Assembly: GCA_965215505.1 (NCBI GenBank)
Contig: OZ244065.1
Coordinates: forward strand, 256,001-320,000
DNA from: Capsulimonadaceae bacterium
GTDB taxonomy: Bacteria > Armatimonadota > Armatimonadia > Armatimonadales > Capsulimonadaceae
DNA length: 64,000 nt
Reading direction: 5' to 3'
Position 1 is the first letter of the stretch. Each line of letters opens with the position of its first letter. Positions 8,980-18,532 of this stretch are shown one piece after another. Below the pieces are notes generated by a model, which worked only from the letters and a program-made list of their open reading frames with translations, made no database searches and had not been told where the DNA came from. A program made the translations under genes and the position numbers.

Positions 8980-10851
8980 TCACGCCTCCCGTACCCACAC
9001 CAGCATCTCCCCCGCCCCCCGGTTGTCCCAGGCGAAGTAAGGAACCGCAGTCAAGGCTGCCGGTGATGCGACGGGCGGCTCCTGCCTGTAAAGTGTTGTC
9101 CCGAAGTCTTCCGCCGACACCCGCTCCGCCGACCCGCGCAGAACGGTGACGCCGCTCAGTAGTTCCGGCTCGAACGCCGCTTCCAGAGCGGCTTCATGCG
9201 GCAGGATGAGCGCGTTCAGGTCGCCGCCGTTGTCTACAGACTCCAGGCAGTAGAGGACCGGGCCGCGCTGCAAGGCGACACGCCCCCGGTCCTGACGCAC
9301 CTTGGGGCTGGCATAGACACGCTCGACCGGCATCGGCAATTCCAGCGTCACCGTGTCCCCGGCCTGCCACTCTCGTTCCAGCACGGCATAGCCCGCCTCG
9401 ACGGGAGGCGTGACGGACGCGCCGTTTAGCGACAGCCGCGGCGCGCGGCACCACTCGGGCAGGCGCAGCCGCAGGCGGAACTCGGCGGGCTGCTCGGGAG
9501 CGACCGTCAGCGTGACGGTGCCGTCCCACGGGTAGTCGGTCGCCTGCGAGAGCGTGACGGGCAAGCCCGCGATAGTCAAGTCGGCGTTGCCCTGCACATA
9601 CAGGTGGACGGCGATGTCTTCGTCACCCTGCGAATAGACGTATTGGCCCAGCGAGGCCAGCAGGCGGGCGAGGTTCGGCGGGCAGCAGGCGCACCCGAAC
9701 CAGTCCTGCCGGTGGTGTTTGCCGACGCTCGCCAGCGGGTTGTCGTAGAAGAACTTCGTGCCGTCCAGCGAGACGCCGCTGAGGACGCCGTTGTACAGGG
9801 CGCGCTCCAGTACGTCGGCATACTTGCGGTCGCAGTCCAAATGCAGCATTCGCGAAGCCCAGAAGACCAGCCCGATGGCCGCGCAGGTTTCAGCGTAGGC
9901 GGTTTCGTTAGGCAGATCGAAGTCGGCCCCGTAGCCCTCGTTGGAGGCGAACCCGCCGATGCCGCCCGTCACATACATCTGCGCCGAGGTCAGGTGCGCC
10001 CAGATGCGTTCGCAGGCCGCCTTCAGGGCAGCGTCCCCCGTCCGGCCTGCCAAGTCTGCCATCGCCGAGTACAGGTACATGCCCCGGACGGAATGGCCCG
10101 TGACCGCGCTCTGCTCGCGCACCGGGAGGTGGGACTGATTATACTCATACGATTTGGCCCAATAGTCTCCGGGGTCCTGACCGCGCCGCCGTGCCTCCTC
10201 GTCGAAGTAATGGGGTTGGCTCCCACGCTCGTCCACGAAGTAGCGGGCCAGTTCCAGGTACTTGTCGTCTCCCGTTGCCTCGGCCAGTTTGACCAGGGCC
10301 AACTCGATCTCCTCGTGCCCGCAGTAGCCGCGGCTCTGGCCCGGCTCCGGCCCGAAGACCGTGCCGATGTAGTCGGCGTAGCGGCGCATGACGTCCAGCA
10401 GGCTCGCCTTGCCGGTCGCCTCGAAGTGGGCGACGGCGGCCTCGATCAAATGCCCGGCGCAGTAAAGCTCGTGGTCGTCCCGCAGGTTTATCCAGCGCCG
10501 CTCGGGCGCGACCGTCGTGAAGTAGGTGTTCAAGTACCCGTCCGGCTGCTGCGCCCGCGCGAGCATCCCGATCACCTCATCCAGCAGGGCGTCCACGGCG
10601 GGGTCGGGGTGCGTCGCGAAGCTGTACGACGCCGCCTCCACCCACTTGGCGATGTCCGAGTCCCAAAAGATGTGCTGGTCGGGAACGGGGGCCAGCGTCA
10701 GCGCCTCGATGCGCCCCGTCGTCTTGCACTGGTCGTACTCGATGGGGATGGTGGCCTCCCGGTTGACGCGGATGCGCTCCTGCCAGAAGCGGTCTTCAAT
10801 GGTGACGGCTTTGAGCGGCGCGGGTTTAAAGCGTTGGGCGGGAACGGTCAT
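8980..10851 (-). CDS. GH127 beta-L-arabinofuranosidase-like protein (no signal peptide)
   Basis: FWDSDIAKWVEA, HELYCAGHL, GHSVR, YAETCAA, CACCPPN motifs. GAAGGAG RBS. Confidence 0.92.
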   Translation of the reverse strand: MTVPAQRFKPAPLKAVTIEDRFWQERIRVNREATIPIEYDQCKTTGRIEALTLAPVPDQHIFWDSDIAKWVEAASYSFATHPDPAVDALLDEVIGMLARAQQPDGYLNTYFTTVAPERRWINLRDDHELYCAGHLIEAAVAHFEATGKASLLDVMRRYADYIGTVFGPEPGQSRGYCGHEEIELALVKLAEATGDDKYLELARYFVDERGSQPHYFDEEARRRGQDPGDYWAKSYEYNQSHLPVREQSAVTGHSVRGMYLYSAMADLAGRTGDAALKAACERIWAHLTSAQMYVTGGIGGFASNEGYGADFDLPNETAYAETCAAIGLVFWASRMLHLDCDRKYADVLERALYNGVLSGVSLDGTKFFYDNPLASVGKHHRQDWFGCACCPPNLARLLASLGQYVYSQGDEDIAVHLYVQGNADLTIAGLPVTLSQATDYPWDGTVTLTVAPEQPAEFRLRLRLPEWCRAPRLSLNGASVTPPVEAGYAVLEREWQAGDTVTLELPMPVERVYASPKVRQDRGRVALQRGPVLYCLESVDNGGDLNALILPHEAALEAAFEPELLSGVTVLRGSAERVSAEDFGTTLYRQEPPVASPAALTAVPYFAWDNRGAGEMLVWVREA

Positions 10852-10954
10852 GGAACGGACTCCTTCGTCGGCGGCCAAATAGGTTTCAGTGATGCGAGTA
10901 TGATAGCATAAAGTCTCAGCCCCGTAAAGGGCGGGGACTCACAAAGGTTTTCCG

Positions 10955-10982
10955 GCAGGCTTTCGGTGCGTCAACGTCGAAC
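10955..10982 (+). promoter_or_regulatory. Putative sigmaH-like promoter (copy 2)
   Basis: GCAGG-CTTTCGGTGCGTCAAC(16)-GTCGAAC. Confidence 0.55.
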
Positions 10983-11048
10983 GTGTGTTTAGCTCGCCTG
11001 TTGAACGAAGAGCGAACCAGGGCGGTAGGCGACGAGGAGGCAGCAGTC

Positions 11049-11840
11049 ATGGTCATAAACGGGGTGGAGTTCCCTGCTGACCCCGAGCAGGGATGCTGGG
11101 TGAACTACAAAAATACGGCGGACGCGCCCACGGAGTTCGAGCATATCTTCTGCGGCCCGCAGGATATTCCAGGGGCGCAGTGCCCGTGCTGCCACAGACC
11201 CTTCGTGCGGTACCTGGCTCTGGACACGCGGGATGCCCGCCTCAACCTCCAGGACAGCCCCTTCGCGCAACTTCCGCTATTAGACTGCCCGCGCTGCATG
11301 GTAGAAGATGGCTCCCCCGCGCACCATTCCGAGGCATTCTTGTACCGCGCCCGCGCCGACGGCGGCATCGACATCGTCGAGTATGTCCTGGAGGGCCGAT
11401 TGGTCAAGGATGATTTCCCCTACGAGAACTACCCGCCATTCTTGCCTGGAGCAAAGGCCGTGCTTCAGGCTCTCACCCCCACGGAGCAGGCAGCGTTGCT
11501 GCGGATTAACCACCGTTGCGAGTACGAGAGTATACCACCCGAGGTCTGGGATGCCATGTCTGAGGCGGAGCAAGAAGAGTTGACGGATGAGGATTGGTGG
11601 TACGAAGAGCCTTACGAGAGCCTGTTTGAGATTCGCCATCAGGTCGGCGGGGAGCCGTACCATATTCAAGGTCTGGTCGTCTTGAACTGCCCCGACTGTG
11701 GTGTTCAGATGCCCTTCCTGGCGTGCATCGCTGATGATTGTCTTGATTCCAGAGGCATCGTCGGCTATGAAAGCAACGCGATAATCTTTCACTTTTGCCG
11801 CCGCTGCCACATTGTAGGCACCTATTCCCGTTGCGGCTGA
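11049..11840 (+). CDS. Cys-rich hypothetical protein, YwqG/DUF1963-like
   Basis: [45 protein letters not shown] before the ATG at 11049. Confidence 0.65.
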   Translation: MVINGVEFPADPEQGCWVNYKNTADAPTEFEHIFCGPQDIPGAQCPCCHRPFVRYLALDTRDARLNLQDSPFAQLPLLDCPRCMVEDGSPAHHSEAFLYRARADGGIDIVEYVLEGRLVKDDFPYENYPPFLPGAKAVLQALTPTEQAALLRINHRCEYESIPPEVWDAMSEAEQEELTDEDWWYEEPYESLFEIRHQVGGEPYHIQGLVVLNCPDCGVQMPFLACIADDCLDSRGIVGYESNAIIFHFCRRCHIVGTYSRCG

Positions 11841-11866
11841 AGGTAAACTAGTCCCCTCTCACGAAC
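11839..11866 (+). promoter_or_regulatory. Putative sigmaH-like promoter (copy 3)
   Basis: GAAGG-TAAACTAGTCCCCTCT(16)-CACGAAC, ~35 nt before the AKR ATG. Confidence 0.55.
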
Positions 11867-11901
11867 TTAACGGCACTCGTACTTTGCACAAAGAGGTAAA
11901 C

Positions 11902-12891
11902 ATGGAATATCGCAAGATGGGCCGCACCGGCCTGATGGTCTCGGAGATCTGTCTGGGGACGATGCAGTTCGGCTGGACCGCCGCCGAGGACGCCTCCCGG
12001 CAGGTGATGGACGCCTTCTGGGAGGCGGGCGGCAACTTCATTGACACGGCGGACATCTACACCACCTGGGCGGGCGACGCCTCCTACGGCGGCAAGACCG
12101 AGGAGATCATCGGGCGCTGGCTCAAAGACAAGAACGTCCGGCGCGACCTCGTCCTCGCCACCAAGGTGCGCGGAAGGATGTGGGAGGGGCCGAACGGCGA
12201 GGGCCTGTCCCGGCAGCACATTATCGCCGCCTGTGAGGACTCGCTGCGCCGGCTGAAGACCGACTACTTCGACCTGTACCAGTGCCACTGGGCCGACCTG
12301 AACACGCCCATCGAGGAAACGCTGTCCGCCCTGGACGACCTGGTCCGTGCGGGCAAGGTCCTCTACATCGGGGCCTCCAACTACCCCGCCTGGCGTCTGA
12401 TGGAGGCCCAGGCCGCGTCCGACAAGCACGGCCTGGCACGGTTCGACTGCTACCAGCCGCAGTACTCGCTGGTGGAGCGGCAGCTTTTCGAGTACGAGGC
12501 CATGCCCTTCTGCAAGCACCACGGCGTGGGAGTCATCCCCTACTCGCCGCTGGCCGGTGGCTTCCTGACCGGCAAGTACCGCCGGGACAGCGCGCGGCCC
12601 GAGAGCGTCCGCGCGGGCGGCAACCTGGAAAACTACGGCAATGAGAAAGGCTGGGCCGTTATTGACGCGCTGGATGAGATCGGGAAAGCGCACGGCAAGA
12701 CCGTCGCCCAGACCGCCCTGGCCTGGCAGCTCACCAACCCGGTCATCACCGCCCCGATCATCGGCGCGAACACGGCGGAGCAGATGACCGACCTTCTGGG
12801 AGCGGCGGGCTACCGGCTGTCTGCGGACGAGATGGCCCGGCTGAACGAGACGACAAAGTGGCCGCGCAACGGGCGACCGATCTGGGATTAG
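11902..12891 (+). CDS. Aldo/keto reductase
   Basis: [55 protein letters not shown]. Confidence 0.95.
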   Translation: MEYRKMGRTGLMVSEICLGTMQFGWTAAEDASRQVMDAFWEAGGNFIDTADIYTTWAGDASYGGKTEEIIGRWLKDKNVRRDLVLATKVRGRMWEGPNGEGLSRQHIIAACEDSLRRLKTDYFDLYQCHWADLNTPIEETLSALDDLVRAGKVLYIGASNYPAWRLMEAQAASDKHGLARFDCYQPQYSLVERQLFEYEAMPFCKHHGVGVIPYSPLAGGFLTGKYRRDSARPESVRAGGNLENYGNEKGWAVIDALDEIGKAHGKTVAQTALAWQLTNPVITAPIIGANTAEQMTDLLGAAGYRLSADEMARLNETTKWPRNGRPIWD

Positions 12892-12913
12892 GCGGTAGCG
12901 CGGGGAGCGGGAC

Positions 12914-13471
12914 GTGTCTGAGTCGCGGATCATCTTCCTGAGCGGCACGTCCAGCGCGGGCAAGACCACGCTCGCGAAGGCGCTCCAGGGCGTACTCGAC
13001 CGGCCCTACTTCCACCTGGCCTCGGACCAGCTTGTCGAGGCCGGGGCCTTGCCCGGCCGCCGGGAGGAGGGGGGCCGGTTCGCCTGGGCGGAGGTCCGCC
13101 CGCGTTTCTTCGCCGGCTTCCACCGCAGCCTCGCGGCCTACGCGGCGGCCGGCAACTGCCTCGTCGTGGATCACGTCCTGGAACACGCCGTCTGGCTCCG
13201 GGAGTGCGCCGGGCTGCTCGTCCCGTTTGAGGTCTTCTTCGTCGGCGTCCACTGCCCGCTCAATGAACTGGAACGCCGGGAGCGGGCGCGCGGCGACCGG
13301 AGGATCGGCGAGGCCGCTGAACACCTCCAGGTGGTGCATGGGTTCAGCCCGTATGACTTCGAGGTGGACACGTCCACCCACAGCCCCCGCGAGAACGCCC
13401 TCCGCATCGTGACCGCCCGCCAAACGTCGCCCGGCCCCGTCGTGTTCCGCCGTCTGTCGCCGACTGGGTAG
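12914..13471 (+). CDS. Chloramphenicol phosphotransferase (CPT)-like P-loop kinase
   Basis: IIFLSGTSSAGKTT P-loop, VGVHCPLNELERRERARGDR, YDFEVDTS. Confidence 0.85.
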   Translation: MSESRIIFLSGTSSAGKTTLAKALQGVLDRPYFHLASDQLVEAGALPGRREEGGRFAWAEVRPRFFAGFHRSLAAYAAAGNCLVVDHVLEHAVWLRECAGLLVPFEVFFVGVHCPLNELERRERARGDRRIGEAAEHLQVVHGFSPYDFEVDTSTHSPRENALRIVTARQTSPGPVVFRRLSPTG

Positions 13472-13501
13472 GGCTTGAGGGCAGCAGCAAAGGAGACGAC
13501 C

Positions 13502-16500
13502 ATGCGCCCGGAACCCTCTCGCTCGTCGCTCGCCGATCGGCTCTCCGCCATCCCCGTCTCCTGGGTGCGTCAGGAGGGCGGCTGGTCGCTTTACAGCCGT
13601 CTTGTCAACTTCGTGTCCTGCGCCGCCCGAGACGCGGCGACCGGGGATACCTGGCTGGGGACCCATCTCGGAATCAGGCGGGTCACGCCGGACGGCACCC
13701 TGCGCCGGATTTATACGGGGGCGGACGGCCTGCCCGGTCATGGCCTGCGCGCGCTGGCGGTCGGGCCGGATGGGGCCTGGTGCATCGTCGTCCCCGACCA
13801 CAGGCGCGGGCGCTTCGCCCTCTGCCGCCTGGACCGGGGGACCGACCGCTGGGACTCTTTGCGCGAGGTGACGCCGCCGCCCACCCATGTCTCCATGAGT
13901 CACGAGCCGCACTATCCCGACTTCCTCTCCGTCGGCCCTCGCTACCTCGCCTGCGTCTTTGGGCACGTCGCGCGCCGCGAGAACGGCTTCGCCTTCTGCG
14001 TCCTCGACCGCGAGCGGGGGACGTGGCGGGACATCCCCTGGGAGCCGGAGAGGCGCGAATCTCACCCACACACCTTCGGCTTCAGCCGCGACTGCTTCCC
14101 GGAACCGCGCTGGCTGCATCTCGACGACGAAAGCGTCTTTGTCGGCACCGCCCAGGGCCTGGGCCGCTACGATCTGGCGGCGGGGGCATGGGACTGGCCG
14201 CTGACCGATGCCGTCATGGGGGGCGGGGCGGATGGCGGGACGCTATGGTTAGCCGCCTGGCGGGCCGGGGCGATGCAAGGCTCGTTCCCTGACCTCGTCG
14301 GCCTCGATGCGGCGACCGGCCGGATCGCGCGGCGGTTCCTGTCCCCGCTGGCCGAAACCGCGCCCTTCCCGCGTCACGCGCGCGTTGCCGTCATCCCCGA
14401 GCAGGGGAGCCTCTGGCTCGTTGAGCAGAAAGTCGCCTCCCATCGTGAGCCGGAGCCGTCCGCCCCGCTCCTCGTCCGCTTCGAGGCGGCGACGGAGAGC
14501 TGGCACCTGGGCACCGGCTCGGCGGGGGACTTGCCGCCCTCCGTCCGCCTCGCCGCCGCGCTGGCCTGGCCCGGCCCGCCGCCGGAGGAACTCCGGGAGT
14601 ACCTGCCGGGGTTTTTCAGCCCGGCGGCGGACCTGCCGGTCGTGCCCGAGGATGTCCGGCGGCCTCCGCCGCCTGAACAGCTCAGGGATGAGGCGGAGGC
14701 CGCCGTGTGGGCCGTCGCCGACCGTACTGTTTTGGTGCGCCGGCCTGAAGACGGCGGGATGGAGCAGCGCCACCCACTGCCGGACATGGTCCTCCCCATC
14801 ACACCCCCCGTCTCCTCGGTCGCCATCTTAAACGACATGCTGTATGCCTCGACGACCGACGGCCTCTGGCGGCGCGGTCTTCCGGACGGAGACTGGACTC
14901 TGATCCCGCTGCCGGAGACGACACCCGGACGCCGCGCGATCGCTGGCCGCTTGCTGGCCGTGGCCGGACACCTCTGGGTGGAAGCCTCGGACTCCTTGTG
15001 GCATTACGATCCGGCCTCGTCCGCATTCCGGCAGGTCACCCCCGCTCCCGGCCTCGCCCGTCCGCGCCTTCTCAGTGCCGACCGGAACAGGCTATGGCTC
15101 GCGGATGGGTCGCCGGGCTGGAACCTATTCCATCTGGACGTCCAGAGTCTTCAGCCGTCACTCGTGCCGGTCAGGACCGAGATACCGGGCCTGCCCGCCC
15201 CACCGGGATTTCGCTATCCTGCTAACCTGGCGGCCGTCTGCGGCGGGATCGCCTGGTATCGCCAGACCTTCGACGTGGTCCAATCCGGCCACACGAAAGT
15301 GATCGGCTACGACTTGAGCGCGGGCGTTTGGACACAGCCGCTCACGGTCACCGGCCACGTTCCAATCGTATCCTTGCGCGTCGGCCCGAATGGCGTCTTC
15401 GCCGCCTTCGGCCCACGCACCGGCGGCATCCTGCATGGGCAGGCGGGTGACATCCACCGCTACGACCCGCAGACCGACCAGTGGGAAGAAGCCGCGCCGC
15501 CTCCACCCCGGTCCGCTTCGGCCAAAGCTTACTCGGATGTCCCGCCACTGCGACTGGCTTCCGTGGACGATGAGAGCTTCTGGCTCGTCAACCCGGACAC
15601 CGCCGGGCTGTGGCGCTGGGACCGGGGACGCCGGACTTGGGCGGAGCATACGACCGGCGGCCCGCTCCGAATGTCCGAGCGGCAGGCGGAAGGAACGGTC
15701 GCTCGGCACGCTGCCCACTTCTTTGTCTCTTCGGACCGAGGGCTGTGGCAGTTCGACGTTGAGGGCGAAACCTGGACGCGGCTCCCTTTCCCCGCATCGG
15801 CCGCCGACCGCCTGGAAGTGGCTCCTTGCTTCGTGAATGAGCGGTCGGTATGGGCGCTCTGTCACGACATCGAAACCAGGCAGACGTTCGCCGCTCGTTT
15901 CGACAAGCAGGAGCGCGTGTGGCGGCTCTGGGGCGAGGGCGACGGCTTCCCGGTCGGCCAGGGACCGGCACAGCTTGTCACCGACGGGGCTGCCGCCGTC
16001 GTAATGACATATGGCGGCGGGTTTTTCTACTTGGATGCGGCCTCGGACCGGTGGCGCGAGGGGACGGATGCCCTCTCACGCGCCTGGGCGGGGCAGGAGG
16101 GCGCGCGCGTCTGCCAGCCCGATCTGCTCGGCGTCCCGCCCGACGTGTGGGTGCGGGGCTCGGCGCAATGGGATGATGACCATCAGGGCCTTCCGCCGAT
16201 ACAGAGTCCCCTGGCGGTGCGCTGGAATGTCTCGGAAGGCTTCACCCGCATGGAGCCGCCGGGCTGGGCACCGCCCACGGACGCGAACATCCGCCTACTG
16301 GGGAGCGGCCTGATCGCGGACGCCGACGCCGTCTGGGCGATGAACCTGCTGGGCCTGTGGCGCTGGGACAGGGCGGCCCGTTCCTGGACAGCCCCGGCAC
16401 TGCCGCCATCGTTCCCGGACCGCTTCGCACTGACCGTGGGCCACATGGAGCGTTCCTCCGACGGCGCGGTTTGGATGATCGGCCGGGACACGCTGCTGCG

Positions 16501-16531
16501 GTGGGCTGGCAGGGATGAGGCGGAAAGTTGA
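13502..16531 (+). CDS. Large (1009 aa) hypothetical multi-beta-propeller protein
   Basis: Repeated LW/VFVGTxxGL...YD/WD...W blade-like motifs (TWLGTHLGI, FVGTAQGLGRYD, YASTTDGLW, FVSSDRGLWQFD). AAAGGAG RBS. Confidence 0.7.
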   Translation: MRPEPSRSSLADRLSAIPVSWVRQEGGWSLYSRLVNFVSCAARDAATGDTWLGTHLGIRRVTPDGTLRRIYTGADGLPGHGLRALAVGPDGAWCIVVPDHRRGRFALCRLDRGTDRWDSLREVTPPPTHVSMSHEPHYPDFLSVGPRYLACVFGHVARRENGFAFCVLDRERGTWRDIPWEPERRESHPHTFGFSRDCFPEPRWLHLDDESVFVGTAQGLGRYDLAAGAWDWPLTDAVMGGGADGGTLWLAAWRAGAMQGSFPDLVGLDAATGRIARRFLSPLAETAPFPRHARVAVIPEQGSLWLVEQKVASHREPEPSAPLLVRFEAATESWHLGTGSAGDLPPSVRLAAALAWPGPPPEELREYLPGFFSPAADLPVVPEDVRRPPPPEQLRDEAEAAVWAVADRTVLVRRPEDGGMEQRHPLPDMVLPITPPVSSVAILNDMLYASTTDGLWRRGLPDGDWTLIPLPETTPGRRAIAGRLLAVAGHLWVEASDSLWHYDPASSAFRQVTPAPGLARPRLLSADRNRLWLADGSPGWNLFHLDVQSLQPSLVPVRTEIPGLPAPPGFRYPANLAAVCGGIAWYRQTFDVVQSGHTKVIGYDLSAGVWTQPLTVTGHVPIVSLRVGPNGVFAAFGPRTGGILHGQAGDIHRYDPQTDQWEEAAPPPPRSASAKAYSDVPPLRLASVDDESFWLVNPDTAGLWRWDRGRRTWAEHTTGGPLRMSERQAEGTVARHAAHFFVSSDRGLWQFDVEGETWTRLPFPASAADRLEVAPCFVNERSVWALCHDIETRQTFAARFDKQERVWRLWGEGDGFPVGQGPAQLVTDGAAAVVMTYGGGFFYLDAASDRWREGTDALSRAWAGQEGARVCQPDLLGVPPDVWVRGSAQWDDDHQGLPPIQSPLAVRWNVSEGFTRMEPPGWAPPTDANIRLLGSGLIADADAVWAMNLLGLWRWDRAARSWTAPALPPSFPDRFALTVGHMERSSDGAVWMIGRDTLLRWAGRDEAES

Positions 16532-16662
16532 GACAAACAAAACACAACAACGCAACGCCAATCGCCATTTCGCGCCATAAACTTGGGCCTGTTTTCCAGT
16601 TCTAGCCGCCTCTGAGGCCCGAACCCAAGTTATTCCCACACGCCGCCCCTGAGCCGGCTTCC

Positions 16663-16691
16663 TTGACAACCGCCTTGGTTTGCGATATACT
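16663..16691 (+). promoter_or_regulatory. Near-consensus sigma70 promoter
   Basis: TTGACA-17 bp-TATACT. Confidence 0.8.
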
Positions 16692-16726
16692 TTATCCATC
16701 GTCGCCGAAAACAAAGGCTGACGGAG

Positions 16727-16757
16727 AGCGAGGACCAACAGGGTTCCCGCTTTTTTT
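16727..16757 (+). terminator. Intrinsic terminator in the 5' leader of the HD hydrolase
   Basis: AGCGAGGACC-AACAG-GGTTCCCGCT stem (one mismatch, one GU) running into T7, 14 nt before the ATG. Confidence 0.7.
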
Positions 16758-16771
16758 GTGTTTGAACCCAT

Positions 16772-17407
16772 ATGTCCCCACAACAACTCCACCGCCTTGA
16801 AGAGATCGCCCGCGAGGCGGCCCAATCCGCCGAGGCGGCGCACGACTTCGGCCACGTCAAGCGCGTCACCGTCAGTGCCCGCGCCATTGCCGAGGCGGAA
16901 GGGGCGGACCTGGACATCGTCCTGCCCGCCGCCCTGCTGCACGAATTGTTTTCCTTCCCCAAAAATCACCCCGACTCGCCCCGGTCGGGGGAGGTCTGTG
17001 CCGAGCGCGCGGCGGACGTGCTGCGTGGGGAAGGCTATCCCGGAGGGTATGCCGAGGCCGTCGCCTACTGCATCCGCGTCCATCCCTTCTCGCTGGGCGT
17101 TATGCCCGCGACGCTGGAGGCCAAGGTCTTGCAGGACGCCGACCGGCTGGACGCGCTGGGGGCCATCGGCATCGCCCGCTGCTTCGCCGTGGGCGCGGCG
17201 ATGGGCCGCCCGTTCTATGACCCTGAAGACCCGTTCAGCCGTCGGCGCGAGCTGGACGACAAGCGGTGGACGCTGGACCATTTCGGTCGGAAACTGCTGC
17301 GCCTGCCGGACACCATGCACACGCAGGCAGCGCGAGTGATGGCGCGGGACCGCGCGGCCTTTATTGAGGCATTCCTGGCGCAGTTGGGGCGGGAGATCGG
17401 GCCTTAA
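16772..17407 (+). CDS. HD-domain metal-dependent phosphohydrolase (YedJ/YpgQ-like)
   Basis: AHDFGHVKRV, AALLHE, VLQDADRLDALGAIGIARCF, TLDHF. Confidence 0.9.
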   Translation: MSPQQLHRLEEIAREAAQSAEAAHDFGHVKRVTVSARAIAEAEGADLDIVLPAALLHELFSFPKNHPDSPRSGEVCAERAADVLRGEGYPGGYAEAVAYCIRVHPFSLGVMPATLEAKVLQDADRLDALGAIGIARCFAVGAAMGRPFYDPEDPFSRRRELDDKRWTLDHFGRKLLRLPDTMHTQAARVMARDRAAFIEAFLAQLGREIGP

Positions 17408-17413
17408 ATGCCA

Positions 17414-17458
17414 GGGAAAGAAGGGCGGGGAAAGAAGGGCGGGGGGACCCCGCCCTCC
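17414..17458. repeat. 14-bp tandem duplication plus degenerate REP-like hairpin between convergent genes
   Basis: GGGAAAGAAGGGCG x2 (17414-17441) running into GGGCGGGGGGACCCCGCCC. Confidence 0.55.
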
Positions 17459-17497
17459 GTCCTCTCCCGCTTCATTTGATGCCCCTGACCGTGTCTC

Positions 17498-18358
17498 TCA
17501 GGAATAGCGGCGCAGAACAGCCTGAACTTGCCCCAGATAGCTCGCGCCGAACATGTTCAGGTGGTTGAGCAGGTGATAAAGGTTGTAGATGTCCATGCGC
17601 CCCCGCCAGCCGGGCGCGAGCGGGTAGGAGGCGGCGTAGGCGTCATAGAAGGCAGGCGGGAAGCCGCCGAACAGCAGGGTCAGCGCGATCTCCGCCTCGG
17701 CCCAGCCGAAGTGGACGGCGGGGTCAATCAGGGCCGGCTCGCCGCGCGGGCCGGCCAGCGCGTTGCCGCTCCATAGGTCGCCGTGGATCAATGCGGGTGA
17801 CTGGGGCGGGACAAGGTCGGGCAGGCGCGCGCAAATGCTTTCAAGGCGGCGCAGATCGGGCGTGTCCAGACGCTCCCGGTCCCGCGCCAGCCGGGCCTGA
17901 TGCCCCAGCCGGTGTTCGGCGAAGAACTCGTGGCCGCTCTCGGTCCAGGGGTTCGGCTGCGGGGTTGCGCCGCAGTAGTTGTCGCGCGCGAAGCCGTAGT
18001 GGGTGTGCGTCGTCCGGTGCATCACTGCCAGGAGGATGCCGAACTGGGGCCAGTAGGTCGGCGTCGGCGGGTAGGGCCGCAGGTCCTCCAGCAGGAGGAA
18101 GTCCGGGCCGGCGAGGTGGACGGCGGGGATGGTGGGGCCGGGCACGTCCGCCAGGGCGGCCAGGCCCTCGGCCTCGCGGGCGAACATGTCCGGCGGGGCG
18201 TCCGGCTTGACCTTCAGGACCAGGGGCCGCCCGCTGCTCGTCTCCAGACGCAGGGCGCGGCTGATGTCGCCGCCGGACAGGGCGACGGTGAACAGGACCC
18301 CGCCCCAGCCGTTTTCCAGGCACCAGGCCGTGACCGCCTCCGGGACATCACTCACCAT
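17498..18358 (-). CDS. Fructosamine/ketosamine-3-kinase family protein
   Basis: LSGGDIS, FAREAEGL, YGFARDNYCG, LIHGDLWSGN, IDPA, YNLYHLLNHLN. Start placed at 18358 (GGGGAG RBS, downstream of the promoter motif). Confidence 0.92.
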   Translation of the reverse strand: MVSDVPEAVTAWCLENGWGGVLFTVALSGGDISRALRLETSSGRPLVLKVKPDAPPDMFAREAEGLAALADVPGPTIPAVHLAGPDFLLLEDLRPYPPTPTYWPQFGILLAVMHRTTHTHYGFARDNYCGATPQPNPWTESGHEFFAEHRLGHQARLARDRERLDTPDLRRLESICARLPDLVPPQSPALIHGDLWSGNALAGPRGEPALIDPAVHFGWAEAEIALTLLFGGFPPAFYDAYAASYPLAPGWRGRMDIYNLYHLLNHLNMFGASYLGQVQAVLRRYS

Positions 18359-18388
18359 CCGCTCCCCATGCTCCTTCTGTAGCGCTTC

Positions 18389-18416
18389 TTTCGCCATGAG
18401 CCACGGGAAATCCTGT
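18389..18416 (-). promoter_or_regulatory. Putative sigmaH-like promoter (copy 4)
   Basis: Minus strand ACAGG-ATTTCCCGTGGCTCAT(16)-GGCGAAA. Confidence 0.55.
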
Positions 18417-18439
18417 GCGGGGAGTAGAGGAAGCGGCTG

Positions 18440-18473
18440 CTTTCATGCGGCTTTCACATTTCCTGGGTATATT
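18440..18473 (+). promoter_or_regulatory. Possible OmpR/PhoB-type tandem box plus -10 upstream of the efflux operon
   Basis: CTTTCA repeated with 11-bp period (18440, 18451), then TATATT (18468-18473). Confidence 0.35.
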
Positions 18474-18532
18474 CTCCCCACCGGACACGAGGCGGCATAA
18501 GCCGCCGTTCCAGGAATTGTGAAGGAACTACT

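Noticed and set aside
12914..13471. Chloramphenicol resistance gene
   Set aside because: Only family-level similarity; CPT-like kinases are widespread and the substrate cannot be inferred.
16555..16635. Fluoride-riboswitch-like string (TCGCC...ATAAAC)
   Set aside because: It lacks the 5' GGnGATGG and 3' CTrATG..CCTrC elements and lies upstream of the promoter.
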